From NCBI GenBank assembly GCA_035084275.1, contig CM068750.1, forward strand, positions 5,766,001 through 5,830,000: a DNA stretch of 64,000 nucleotides, written 5' to 3'. Both the position numbers and the translations under genes were made by a program. The notes beneath the pieces were generated by a model. It did not search any database. It saw only the letters and a list, made by a program, of their open reading frames with translations, and was not told the origin of the DNA. This stretch comes from Hydrolagus colliei (lineage: Eukaryota). This document shows positions 15,501 to 27,680 of the stretch, piece after piece. Each line of letters begins with the position of its first letter. Position 1 is the first letter of the stretch.

Positions 15501-18208
15501 AAACATTGATTCCTTTTCCTTTCTTCATGGATGCTGCCTGACCTGGTGAGTTTCCCCAGCAATTTCTGTTTTTGTTTCAGATTCCCAGCATCTGTAGTAT
15601 TTTGTGTTTTGCTCTATAAATGTAATTTTGTTGTTATTATTGTAGTGGTGAAGTTCCTCTCACAGCAGAAGAAAATAAGTATAGCGTGGGAATCATGCCC
15701 TAATATTTGCATGTGCTCGCCAGTAGCCAATTACTGAGTATTGCTGTAGAGATCTAAATGGTGTAACAGACCTAAGGAGATGAAAAATAAATAATTGGGA
15801 GGTGATCATGCTTTGTGCAGATTGGGATCAGAGAGGAGGTGGATAAGCTTAGAAATATTAACATAAACCATCTAAAAATAATGCTTTCCATTGTTCACAT
15901 ATGCCCCTATTTGTATAATAAAAATAAAATACTAAATCTGGGTTTAGACTTGGGTAAATCGGAATCACATCTGAGTAACTGCATGGAAAAATCAATACAC
16001 TTACTTGTTCATTGTAGATCTCAAATATACTGAAATAAACCTGCAAGAGTTGACACATAATGAGTTACTGGCACTGTGTTAGTGTTAAGTTAAATAAAAT
16101 ATGATGAGGATTCACTGCAAAGGGTTGTTCCTGCTGCTTACATGAAACTGTTTGTCCTCATTCTGATGCTGCTTAATTCCCTGAAAGAGTTCTTCACAAA
16201 TCATGGGAACGAGTCCTTTGTTTCCACCGTATCCTGTCATTGAATAGCTCTTTCCTGATCCAGTCTGTCCATAAGAAAATAGAGTTGCATTGTATCCTTT
16301 CCACGCATTCTCCAAGAGAGCTCTCCCAAGGTCACTAAAGACACGTTCCTTTAAATAATTATAACGAAAATAAATTCCTCTTCACATTTTCAAAAGCACA
16401 TCACATTGTATTTTTATTTAACTTTGGGATAAGGTTTTAATCTAATAATTTGGAAAGCCACAGTAATATTTCAAGAAACTCTTTGCAATGTTTGCACAAA
16501 ATCCAATGTAATTATGACAATCAGACAAATGTTAACTTTATTTAAGTTTATATTGGGGGAGAGATTAATAGGACTGACCTGTCCCACATATCTGCTGTGA
16601 TGTCCGTCAGGCATGTAAACCCCTTGGTCGTTCTCTATATAATCGTCAGTTGACCAGTAGCAATAGTCAAAGAGAAACGTTCTCTTGTTGCTGAAACTTT
16701 TGGGATCCACAATGGTCATACTGTTTCCAAGCATGGAAATTATGGATTTGCTTCTCACAGCCTTTTCTCTCTTAAACAATGACAAATGTTGACGAATTTG
16801 AAGATATTTAGTGAATACCATATCCAATTAAGGCAAACAAATGGTCAGCAACAAATAAGAATAAATAGTGCCCTGAGTTCACATAATCGTATACATCACC
16901 CGAAGATCAATTCAGTATCGTTGGATCTACCAGATAATTTATATAATCATAGGTGTGTGGGACAATGCTATGTACAATTGGCAGCCACTTGGCACCCACA
17001 TATATAGTCAATTCACTTTACAGTGCATTCTGTAAAGCGCTTTGAGACGTGTAGAAGACGTGAAAAGTACTAAATCAAATGCAAGGATTAGTATGAATTA
17101 CTGGGCAAGCATTTGGAGAAATATTTGAAGGCATTACATGCACATACAGATAGTAAGGAGTGGGAAAAAAAGCCCAGAGATCCATCAAGCTTGCTCCCTC
17201 CCCCCACTCCACAGTCCACATGATATTCACCTACACATCTCTCCTGATCCTGGTCACTCAGTCCTCTCTTCTCTCAGAACCCAGGGCAGGTCAAAAACTA
17301 TAGAACCCCCCTATACTCTCGTAAAACAAGGAGAATTTAAAAGAAAAACATTGTACCTGGAAAATTCCCTCCTGACTCGAAAAAGCAGTCAAAGATTAAG
17401 CCACACTTTACTCTTCTTTTTTAAAACCTATGAATTCATAATGATTTTTCTGCACATTCCTGGAACACCTCAGAGGCCTCATGTGCATAGTCAATGCAAA
17501 TTGCCAATAGAAAATATGCTATGATTTATCAGTTGTGCCCAATATTTCCCAAAATAACATTGGGCATCGAGTCCACGCTCTCTTGGGTTTAAGCTAAGTA
17601 CCCTCGTCTCATCTTTGCTTTTCAACTCTGAAGGTAATACATAAATATTTGGTTTGTAATCCACACTGAGACCCTGATCTAAAACTCATCAGGATTTTTT
17701 TTAAAGAATAAAATTTAAACATTGTTCAGCTGTCTAGGTTGATTTGTGTTTTGGATTTTTTTGGAAAAAATATATTTGATGGTTTTGTTTCTTGCACTTG
17801 TCCCCTGTAGGAAACCACAACACAATTCACAACACTGCATTCTAGTTAATATCATTTTGTACTATCTCTGCAATGAAACAGTAGTTTAATGTTGTGTGCA
17901 GCTTTCGGGATTGGTTTTGCCACCGCATTTATAATGAATACAACTACACACATGTAGAACGTTCTAATTTTTTAAGTAGCATTCCATCGCCAAATGTTTT
18001 TACACCTAATATAGCATGACATTTTAATCGTTTTTAAGAATGTTTAATTCAATTCTGTGCTGGAAAATAATCACTCTTTTTAATAGGTCCGCAGTCCGCA
18101 TAATGGAATTTAATGTAAATTACACTTTTAAATATTGAAATGGAACGCACTTACCTGATTAAATGGGCGTACACGGACAGCAACTTTTATGCTATCTGCA
18201 TTAAGCAT
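406..18208 (-). CDS. KIF28: Kinesin-3 family KIF28/KLP6-like motor protein; 16 coding exons in window, 3' end beyond left edge
   Basis: Manual splicing gives one open frame: [10 protein letters not shown]-loop GQTGSGKS, switch I NTTSSRSH, switch [18 protein letters not shown], coiled coil, [13 protein letters not shown], then FHA domain (DRVILG). All introns are GT-AG with matching phases. Confidence 0.9.
1347..1465 (-). CDS. KIF28: KIF28-like exon 15 (...[17 protein letters not shown])
   Basis: 119 nt; ANxISEEL motif of the kinesin-3 stalk. Confidence 0.88.
3167..3314 (-). CDS. KIF28: KIF28-like exon 14 ([20 protein letters not shown]...)
   Basis: 148 nt; TAG/GTATGC. Confidence 0.9.
3515..3815 (-). 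mobile_element. tRNA-derived SINE, near full length
   Basis: A box TAGCTCAGTGG, B box GGTTCAATTCC, L2-like tail ending (ATT)n. Confidence 0.88.
4002..4125 (-). CDS. KIF28: KIF28-like exon 13 (ILDKHA...VIINGLP...LHHL)
   Basis: 124 nt; FHA H and NG motifs. Confidence 0.88.
4455..5041 (-). mobile_element. CR1-clade LINE 3' fragment
   Basis: Minus strand reads [21 protein letters not shown]...[17 protein letters not shown], the CR1 ORF2 C-terminus; ends in TTCTTATGTTCT. Confidence 0.88.
6831..6891 (-). CDS. KIF28: KIF28-like exon 12 (FHA start ICTIGR...DIVLKGL)
   Basis: 61 nt; CAG/GTAAGT. Confidence 0.88.
7324..7414 (-). CDS. KIF28: KIF28-like exon 11 ([23 protein letters not shown])
   Basis: 91 nt; pre-FHA kinesin-3 motif. 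Confidence 0.9.
8598..8719 (-). CDS. KIF28: KIF28-like exon 10 (coiled coil ...[16 protein letters not shown]...)
   Basis: 122 nt; TAG/GTAATC. Confidence 0.88.
9630..9772 (-). CDS. KIF28: KIF28-like exon 9 (neck linker/neck coil [12 protein letters not shown]...)
   Basis: 143 nt; phase 2 to 1. Confidence 0.88.
10388..10756 (+). mobile_element. L2-clade LINE 3' fragment
   Basis: [16 protein letters not shown]...[17 protein letters not shown]...LKNFLF; tail TGTGAAGCGCTCTGAG…TATATAAAT(TGT)n. Confidence 0.88.
11056..11123 (-). CDS. KIF28: KIF28-like exon 8 ([22 protein letters not shown])
   Basis: 68 nt; CAG/GTAGGA. Confidence 0.92.
12673..12784 (-). CDS. KIF28: KIF28-like exon 7 (ALSDK...[12 protein letters not shown]...GGNSKTVM)
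   Basis: 112 nt; CAG/GTGAGT. Confidence 0.93.
12995..13149 (-). CDS. KIF28: KIF28-like exon 6 (switch [23 protein letters not shown])
   Basis: 155 nt; CAG/GTAAGC; phase 0 to 2. Confidence 0.93.
14838..15059 (-). CDS. KIF28: KIF28-like exon 5 (IQDLL...switch I SSRSH...RFQQ)
   Basis: 222 nt; AG/GTACGT. Confidence 0.92.
15388..15609. mobile_element. Penelope-type terminal-repeat insertion, inverted dimer
   Basis: About 95-bp inverted arms; 16-bp TSD TGCTCTATAAATGTAA at 15372 and 15610. Confidence 0.75.
16005..16040 (-). CDS. KIF28: KIF28-like exon 4 ([12 protein letters not shown])
   Basis: 36 nt; CAG/GTAAGT; EIYNE motif. Confidence 0.9.
16142..16348 (-). CDS. KIF28: KIF28-like exon 3 (P-loop [20 protein letters not shown])
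   Basis: 207 nt; AG/GTAAGC. Confidence 0.93.
16579..16770 (-). CDS. KIF28: KIF28-like exon 2 (REKAVRSK...FDYCYWS...RYVGQ)
   Basis: AG/GTCAGT boundaries; 192 nt; kinesin-3 FDYxYWS motif. Confidence 0.9.
18155..18208 (-). CDS. KIF28: KIF28-like coding exon 1 ([18 protein letters not shown])
   Basis: ATG at 18208; donor GTAAGT; 54 nt. Confidence 0.9.
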
Positions 18209-20646
18209 TATGAGCTTTCTCAAGACAAATGGAGTAACAGTATCGGAAAATTGCACAATTAAAATACAGCAATGTCAGAAACTAGACTGTGAGATACAGC
18301 TGTTCAGCTTCAGGCAATGTTACTGTTAATGCATTTGGCCTTGCATCCTATTGTTGTAGTGTTTTATGCGTTGCTGTCCAAACGAGATGACCTTTCTTTG
18401 TGCGAGAGTATTCAGGTATTCAAGAGTGTAATGAGAGCTTCACAGATTCTTGTCTGAAGTTGATAAGTGACCAATCAAAACTCAGGGTCTTGTTCCCTTG
18501 ATAAGTGAAGCAGCACAACAGATCACATAAAAGTCTGGTTGGTGTGAAAGATATTTAAATTTGTCATGCCTATGAACCAGCTTTGGGAGACAAAATGCTA
18601 CTACTACTACTAATAATAATCCTTGCAATTGATATAGCGCTTTTCACATCTTCTAGAGGTCTCAAAGTGCTTCACAGAATATACTGTAAAGTGAATGACA
18701 CACAATATCATTAACAAGTCATTTAAGATTAATTTAAATACAAAAAAAAATGTTTAATGCGCCACTTTCGGCTTCTACAAAATTAATTAGGTGAGGTTTG
18801 AAATATTTAGGCAAGCAATTTAATTATTTAAATGTCATTAATTTTTACAAAGTTCATCAATAATTTAATCAGCATCCTCTTACTGGTGGCAACCATGACA
18901 CAACTTCATTTTGTGTTGAATTAAAGTTTTAAAAGAAAGGTTCTTATATCAGATTTTTATTTTGATGCTAATATATGCTCAAGCCACACTCATGTTGTGT
19001 CACAGGAAAAGAGCTGTGGTCTAATAATTGATCCTTCCCCTACTTCTAGCCTCCATTCTCAACAACTCTTTACCCATGATAACCTTCCCTTTCGTTCTCC
19101 ATGTCATCAGCATTAATATGGTTATTAATATTCTCTGAGCTTTTCTCCCTACAAATCCAAATACATTACCTGCTTTAGTCGGTCTGCCTTACTTTCCGTA
19201 CTGTTCATGGTTCTTTACTTCCCAACAAGTTGGAAGTTTGGTGTACAGTATTTATTTCTCACAAGCTTTGTCCTTTCCTGATTCTCCATGCAGAAAATGT
19301 CTTCCTTGGTTGTTCTTTCACTGTCCACCCCCATGAGTGTTCATAGCAGCTCGAACATGGCTGAAATTGTAACATTGTGAAACAGAGACCATCTGATTCA
19401 ATCTCAGGTCCTACAGAGTTTAACTGGGGCATTGGGTGTCAGTTAATTTGTTCATTGAGGAATAATTACCAGTTTATGCATTCGGTGGAGTTAAATAGAA
19501 CAACGTTGCTTGGATGGAAAACAACGTGTACAAGCTGTGTGTCCTAACTTTCTACATTACAGTATCCAAAAGTCAATCTATGTTTGGCAATCGTAGAAGT
19601 GGGTAAACATAAAGCATATGTTAAGTTCAGACCGAAGAATGAAAACCCAAATATTCAACCATCTGAAATTAACAGAGATTCTTTGATGACAATGACGATT
19701 TATTATTTAAGAACACTGTTTGAACAAATTATTATCGGTGTGTGACTAGACATGCATGACTCCCGCTTACTTCGGTCAACTAAAGAGGTACAGTCTTGTA
19801 AAAGCTTTGATGGTTGATAAGATTATAGATTCATAGAGTTTGTGTATGATAATGAGCAGCTCATGTGTTTAATTGGTTTCTTGAAACATGTTAGGAAACA
19901 CCCCATGTGGTTTAATGAATATTAATCAAACCCTCAAGAAAGAAAATCTGAAAGGCTCCTTGTTAGAAATAGCATGAAGTTGAGTGAAAGGGTCAGTAAG
20001 AAATAATTTAACAGCTCAGCAGCCATAGCTCCTATGAGTTGGTCCAAGCAGCATTGTCCAGTTCACTCTGGAGAATGGGGAGATGACTGGTATCAAGTAG
20101 CTGTCCTGTCATTCATGGTGAGTTCTTAGTTTGAAGGATAAAGAAAGGGCACATTGCGTCAGGGTTTGCAACCATCAGCCAGGGGTTGTCAACCCAGTTA
20201 CTCATTGATTTAGAAAATACTTATAAGGAGTCAAATGGATTGTAATGGATATGGAGACCTGATATTATCAGCCTTCATTAGTACAGCATCAAATCCAGCA
20301 TTTAAAGTGCTGAAGCACTGAAAATTGTTAAAATCTTATTTTTTGGAAGAGGTGCATATTGGGCCTAGATTTTTTTAAATATATCTTTGAAAATGGAAGA
20401 CTTAATCTGAAATAAATCATAAAACGGACAAGTGCCCAGTGCTCCCATAATATGACATCAGCACATAAAAATAGCACAAAATCTGGCTAACGATGTAATA
20501 AAAAATGATCAAAAACAGAGCAGTATCTGCTGGCACCAGCAAAAGCAGCTGGCTGGTATTATTCATCTACAAATTCAATATTCTTGCACTTACCTTTGCA
20601 TGAACCCATTTTATAAATAGTTTGAATAATCGAGAAGTTGGCTCGC

Positions 20647-20738
20647 GAGGGAGGGAGGGAGGGAGGGAGGGGGGGGGGGGGGGCAGAGGGAGGGAGAGTG
20701 GGTTAGGGAGGGAGAGTGGGTTAGGGAGGGAGAGGGGG
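20647..20738 (+). repeat. G-rich tract: (GGGA)n, G-run and duplicated GAGAGTGGGTTAGGGAGG
   Basis: Directly visible. Confidence 0.9.
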
Positions 20739-23700
20739 ATGAGTTGAATTCATAAAATTTTATATGTGGCACCTTCAATTTAAACTCAGCATTTGTCAGA
20801 TGTGAATCAATTTGATCCAGATGGAACTTTACCTCATCTCGCCAAGTTGCCCGTCCTTATAGTCTATCTTGATTAAAAGTTGATGGTCAGAAATTGCACA
20901 GATGTTTTGCCTTCATCTCAATTTGTTGACTGAGTGTTATACTCAGTGAGCAGACAGTGCTGTGATTGAAACTATAGGCTGCAGTAAGATTATGTGTCTA
21001 ATATAAAAATGATGTACACAGCAGGTTATGATGAACATGCTCATTATGCTGCAGTCAAACATCTATCAATTGTCTGCAAAATTGAAAAAAAAGTACTATT
21101 TAATATCTATTTACCAACTATGCACCCAATTTGGTTGGGGTGTTTTTAACTGCTGATTACGATAGTCATCAGTTACTATCACTTTCTCTCTCTCCCCCTC
21201 CCACCACACAGAAACACACACACTCGCAAAACAATACAATGATTTTAATCCACTGGGAATCAATCAATATCCATTGACCTACTTGATTGTCACCTACATA
21301 CTTCTCCAACCCTGTTCCTTGATCCATCTCTGTTGCTCAGCTGGCATTAGTCTTCAGCATATCCTTCAGCTCACACATGAAGCCCTTCCGCTTTGACCAT
21401 GCCTAAGGTCACTTTCCCTTTCAGCTCAGCATCAAACTCCACCCTAGTTACAGGTTCCAAGATATTACTGCACGTTAAGGGTACTTTAGAAATTCAAGTT
21501 GTTGAAAATGGATTTTGTAGTTCCAAGTTCTATCTACATCATCTCTAACGTCTAAACACTGGAAGTATTTTTCAGAAATTACAAACATAATATAAAATAC
21601 GTTGTATTTTACAAGTCTGGGGCAGGTTGTGGACCTAATTGATGAAAAGATTGGACATGTCTCGCTGGTGCATACTAGACCTCTGGAATTTGTAGGTTAA
21701 TTTAAAATAAAACTTCCTCCCTGTATAGCATCTGAAAGTACCAGTTTTGAACTTTGAAATTAACTTTTCCACAAGTGTTACTTGAATTTTAATCCAGCGC
21801 CTTGAGATGTTCTCCCGACGTGAAAGGCACTCTACAAATGTAATTTTGTTGTAGTTGTTTAATCAGCGGAATTTAATCCTTACAAGAAGTGGAAAAAGAC
21901 ACTTTTCGTGCAGCAGGATTGACAAAAAAAAATCAATGGAATACTAAAACCTAATCAAGGCACAAAGGAGCAGATTCAGCACAAAAGTAGACGTGAGGAA
22001 ATAAACACTCTTATGTATTGATAAGCTGCTGATTTGCTTTTCTTTCAGCTCACCAGTGAAAGAAGATGAGTTGTCCCTGGATAGTTGAGGAGGTGTCATT
22101 GTCCTGACATCCTGTAGTTTGTGCACTTGTTTATTTAAAAGTTCCAGATGGTCTGTGGTTTTATAGAGAAATGGAAATGGCCACAGACGCTACAAACAAA
22201 GGCAATGATTTTGGCTCCTGTTCCATCCTCCTGTGTATTGCAAACAAGAAGATTTAATGTTTGCAGAAAGCTGCTAGTATTATTGTTCATAACAAGCCTC
22301 CTGCTATAGCTCTCGCCATGACTGATCAGCCAGTGCTGATCAGCCAGACGCTAAAATGGATGCAGTCATTCAAAAAAAAGTTTCAAGAAATTCAAGGTGA
22401 TTAATGATGCGCTCATTCTTTAACAGGGTGTCATTCAACAATTACAATCCACAGTAAACCTGACCAGAATGCCCAATTGACCACGGTTGCAAGGTGACCC
22501 CAAGCTTAGTTGAGGAATAAATATGTATTAGGTATAGATCAGGTCCATACATCTGCAGTAAACAGCCCACCACTCAACCACATTCAACCACACACACACA
22601 CACACACAAACACACACAGAATTGACGAATAAATGTAACAGCTTTTCTCCTCACTACATAAGAGGCAAAGTAAATGCTGGGGAAGCAATGTGTGATCCGG
22701 GGAAGCAAATAATTAATCCGTGGAACACATTATCCACAGCAAGAGAGTATGATTTGGGGTCAACAGTTATTTGGTGGAAATCCTCTGCACCCACACACAC
22801 ACTCCACCACCATTGACGTATAAATGGGGGTGGGTGGCAGGGTGGAAGAATTCAACCCATAGATTCTAGAGTAACCACTGCAATATGGCAACAAGACTGT
22901 TGTTGCTAGGATATAATTTGATCTTGATTAACGATGTGTATCAGGCTTCTTTCATCGTGTTAAATTTGATTTGGAACAACAGTGATGCAGTGGATAAGAC
23001 AATATTCTTCCCTTATGTTCCAGTCCCAGAAGCTACTGTTTTGAATGCATCTTTGATCATCATTGTGATCAGATGACTACCTGTATCTATATAATTACTG
23101 TGGTGATAACAGGGCTCATAGTTTCATTACTCGGCTCCAGGGAGTAGATTGAAACATCTGCAACCTTGAAAAACACAAACATCTTTCTTCAGATAGATGC
23201 ACAGACATTTCTGCAATCCCAATCATTTTGCACAATTCATATGCAACACATTTCAAATCCTCCTCCACCTCAAATGATCCTACCTGCACATCAGCTCAAC
23301 AACCATGGAAACTCCTCCCAGTGCAAACCAATTCATTCATTCCATCCCACCTGACTCTCAATATCTGGTTGTTTTATAAATCGGCGCACCAACATTTACT
23401 TTTTGCCCACTAAAGTCATGTACGGTTTGAAACCCCGTGTAAAAGAGATTAGGATGATCATGGACAGTGATAGCTATTCACAGAAATGAATGGCATGGTG
23501 ACATCAGATGGAACAGAACTTTGCATTTGTTCAGCAGCCATGATTCGGAGGAGCTCTTGGCTGCTCGGAGGTTTGTAAATCTCCCAGTTGGCCGATGCCA
23601 ATTAGAAATCGGCAAATGCCAGCTGAGCAATTAAAAGGAACGAGCAAGTGGTGTTCATTATATAGACAAATTCTCGAGAAGGAAGGCCAGCAGAATGCTG

Positions 23701-26700
23701 TTCAAAATACTGTATATGTAAACACCCCTGGGCTCCTTCCATTGTTAACATGGTAGATGGGAAGGTAGGCTTAATATGGTGATTCTATCTAAAGGTTGCT
23801 TAGAGGCAGCTCTGGGCCTGAATTTAAAAAAAAGACCAAGCTGCAGAAATGGAAAATCAGATTAGCTGCAGGTAAAAGGCTTCCTGTCTATTTAATTTTG
23901 TATTAATCTTAATTGCTCGCTAACATAAAAAGTGTCCAAGAATATTTAGTACTGGCATCACAAACTACTATCGCTTTGTGCACATAAGTAAAGTTTTTAC
24001 ACAGTGCTGTACAACAATGGTGACCACGTCACACAAAATGCTCATTTATAAGAATTTTGCAAAAACGCTTACCATTTTGGTTTAATGGAAAGCAATTTTT
24101 TTTTAGACTCAAGAGCGTTCAATGTGTTGCTTTGTTTTTCTTCTGTGGGGGAAAAAGAGAATTGACAATGTTTTATTCTATAGTGCTCTCCTCTCTTCAA
24201 GTTCATCAATCATTACAAGCAATGATTTTAGTTTACAAAATTCTCATAGCTTTTGTTCACTTAAGGTTTAAAAAGGTAAAATAGTTTCAAAAGATGAGCA
24301 CAATGTTACAATACCAAAACCTCTGTTGTGGGTTTCAATGCTGTTTGGAGATTCATTTCACAGTAGGAAATTGGTAGGCATGTACCAGCTATACTTGCTG
24401 TTCACTTCAGACCACCACTACCACCTGATAAATACTCGCTGGGAACCAAGGCTTCTTCCTGTGATGTACCGGTATCTACTTTGAGAGTTCAACTGTGCTT
24501 GTGTGCAAAGTTCAGCACCAGATTAACTAGAAGATAAGAGGAAGTGCTTAGGCCTGATCAACAACAACAGCAACAAAATTACATTTATAGACTGCCTTTC
24601 ACGTTCGGGAGGACGTCCCAAGGCGCTGATCAACTCCTTGACACACCAATGATCAGATCACACACAATGATTATTGGAATACAGTACATCCATTATTCCA
24701 TATGAATGTTTTGGAGTGTGTTTGGCCATTTCCTTTGGGTGATTATATGAATGACTGGAACATAATAGGAATGTAAAAGTACAAATATAGTAAAGGTTTC
24801 AACATGTCTTTGAAATATCCTCCTCAGAAGTAATTTTCTGCTCTGTCGCTTCTACATTTAGAGGCACTGACAGCATACCTTTTTGATGGTGTACCCAAAC
24901 TGTAATTCAAACTGTTGACAGTCACAGTTAAAGTATGTCCTTTTTAACAGCACTTCACCTTTTAAATACGTTCCAAGGGCTTCCATAAGATTGGTAATTT
25001 TTATCCCACAAAGTAACCTGCCATCTAAGTGGCCTGAATCGATCCGGCCTCAAGCTTTCTGACAAGTCTGAACGAAGCAACAATGATTGTGGTGCAGACT
25101 TGAAGTTGTAAACCAACCAATGCAGATACAAAATACTGACACTTTAAACTCCGTTTAGGCATATAAATTAAAAGCTATCCTTATCCACCAGATTATATTA
25201 TGTAGCTAACCTGAAACAATAGCATAAAACCCCCAACAAACTCCAACATAACACATGCGCACATTATTGTTCGTGATTGCGTCAATGCTTATTTCAAAAG
25301 TTTGGGAAAAGTAAACATTTTATTCACAACCAAAAGGAAATATAAAGAGTTTTAACTATTCGCTCTGTTGAAACCTTTTGTTGCTATTGCAAACTATGGT
25401 ATAGGCAACTTTATGGTGAAGGTTGAATTCCAAATGAATATAGGGTTGCCTGTGTCGTGTTCTTCACCCACATCAGGAAAAAAAGGAATGGTTGATATGG
25501 GATCTTGGAACTGGAAACTATCATACGTAAGGATACTTTGGGGCAGATGATGAGGTTTTGTTTACATCAAGTTAGTGGGTATTAGCAGGAGAGATTGGAA
25601 CGCATATTTCTATTTTTGTCTCTCAGTGTTAGGATCATAACTCTCCCAGGTCTTAACAATGTACCTTAAGGCCAGAGAAGCATCCACTGCTGCACTGAAA
25701 TTAATCTTTCCACTTCCCACACCAACCATCCGTGTTTTTGGTGAAACGACAGATGTTTCATAACATTATTTACAACATGAAACATTTGTTCCTTGAAGCA
25801 GTTGTGAATAAAGTCACAATCACTTCAAATCTATCAGCATGCTCTATTTTTAACTTTGAACATTCTTTCTTGTGGTCCCAGGCCTATGCAACAAGAAACT
25901 CTATTGACATTTCACACAGACCAGACAAAAAAAAATCTTATACAAACAAGTAAAATGAAAAAGTGACTTCATATAAACATTGTATGTTCAATCTTATGCA
26001 GCCAGTTGAACCACTTCCAACGGTTTTTTTTTAAAAAAATCTTTAAAGCTACAATGGATATTTGATACAATAAAAAAAATTCTACAAGATCTGTTTGCAA
26101 AGTAATAAATACTCAATATATAAAACCCAGAGAGCATTTCTTCACCCTGGTTTGCTTCAAATACTTTCTGGAACAATGTTTTTTTGTTTATTTTCCTACA
26201 ATGAAAACTTAACACTAGTCACTCTTTGGTTTCCAGCTGGTATTTAAAAGGATTTCTTTCTAAACACAGCTCTAGTTTTTTTTCCGCAGTAATGAGCCGT
26301 GGGTCTCTGGCTTCTTCTCTATCGTGTGAACCACTGCCTTGCGATCGGTTTTCATCCCAACTGTTTGTTCTTTACGAAGCTGCAAAAGAAGCATACATTT
26401 TATTTCAAATCTAGTGGAAACTTAGCACGTTAATTTTTTTTAAATATCCTGGCCAATTAATCATTTCCTTAGATTGGGTTATTGAGTCTCCCTGCACTGG
26501 CATTGATTTAATGGCGATAATAGATTCTATTCATTTTAATGACAGATGAAAAATTGTCAGATTTAATAACGCTTATTCATTTTTGTATTCTATTAAAATA
26601 AAGCACATATAGATATTAAGGCCAGACAGGTCAACTATTTTGCAGTACTCAATATGTCACATAAATTAATCAAACCATTGTACAGATAAATGAGTGCGTT

Positions 26701-27584
26701 TTCCTCCAGACCCTGCATTTCATCATCAAAGGAGAAATTACACTTTACAAATAGTGCCAAACTAGTTAATAAATATAACATGTCCAACTGTGACCACACA
26801 ACCCGCATCAAATAATTCCAGCACCATGTAATGTGTTACATCCACCGTCGCTCGTTGATCTTTTCAAATGTGTTCGGTTTTGCCAGCGATTCCTGCTGCT
26901 TAGAGTGCCATCGGGTGGCAACTCTGGTAACAACATGAGAGAAAACGGATATACAGTATGAAAAGGTGAAGCAGCACCTCGATGGGAGCACTGCACCAAG
27001 CAGAGACTTCCCAAGCGAAAAACAAAAGGAAATCTTTATGCCATTTGGTAGCATTTGTCTTAAACTCACCTGCAGTCTGAAGCCCCCATACACACATTCA
27101 CAATACACACACACACACACATACACATACACAGTCACTGCACTTTACAGTGTATCCAGTGCTGTGCTTCGAAACAGCCTCCCAACCTGAAAGACGCTAT
27201 ACTAAATGTCAGGATTGTTATTACTAGACATTCGTGGTATTCGCCACTGAAACGTACAGCAGGTGAAAGGTGAGATGTAACTGAGAGATGTGTGACTTAC
27301 TCCTACACTCTGCTGCTGCTGCTCCCACCAGTCCTGGTTTCAGGAGGATTGCTGGGACCCACCTGGAGAAGTGGCTTACATCAGCAACTCCCAAAGCAGC
27401 TTTGTGCTGAGGTCAGGAATACTGTTTCCACTCACTGGCCTCCGCAGAGCTTCCTCAAATCGCAGATAAAGTCCGGTTGACAGTAAATCGGCACTTTATT
27501 TGTGGGACCCATGAATGCAGCCGTCAGTCAATCTGTGCAATTTACCTGGTGGATTGTAGGCCAGGACACGGGAGAAACTCACTA

Positions 27585-27680
27585 TTTATATCTATATAAT
27601 CTATATGCAGTATATATATACACACACCTATACACACATATATATACATACACACAAACATATATATACTGTATATATAG
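27585..27680. repeat. Degenerate (TA)n/(CA)n microsatellite
   Basis: Directly visible. Confidence 0.85.
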
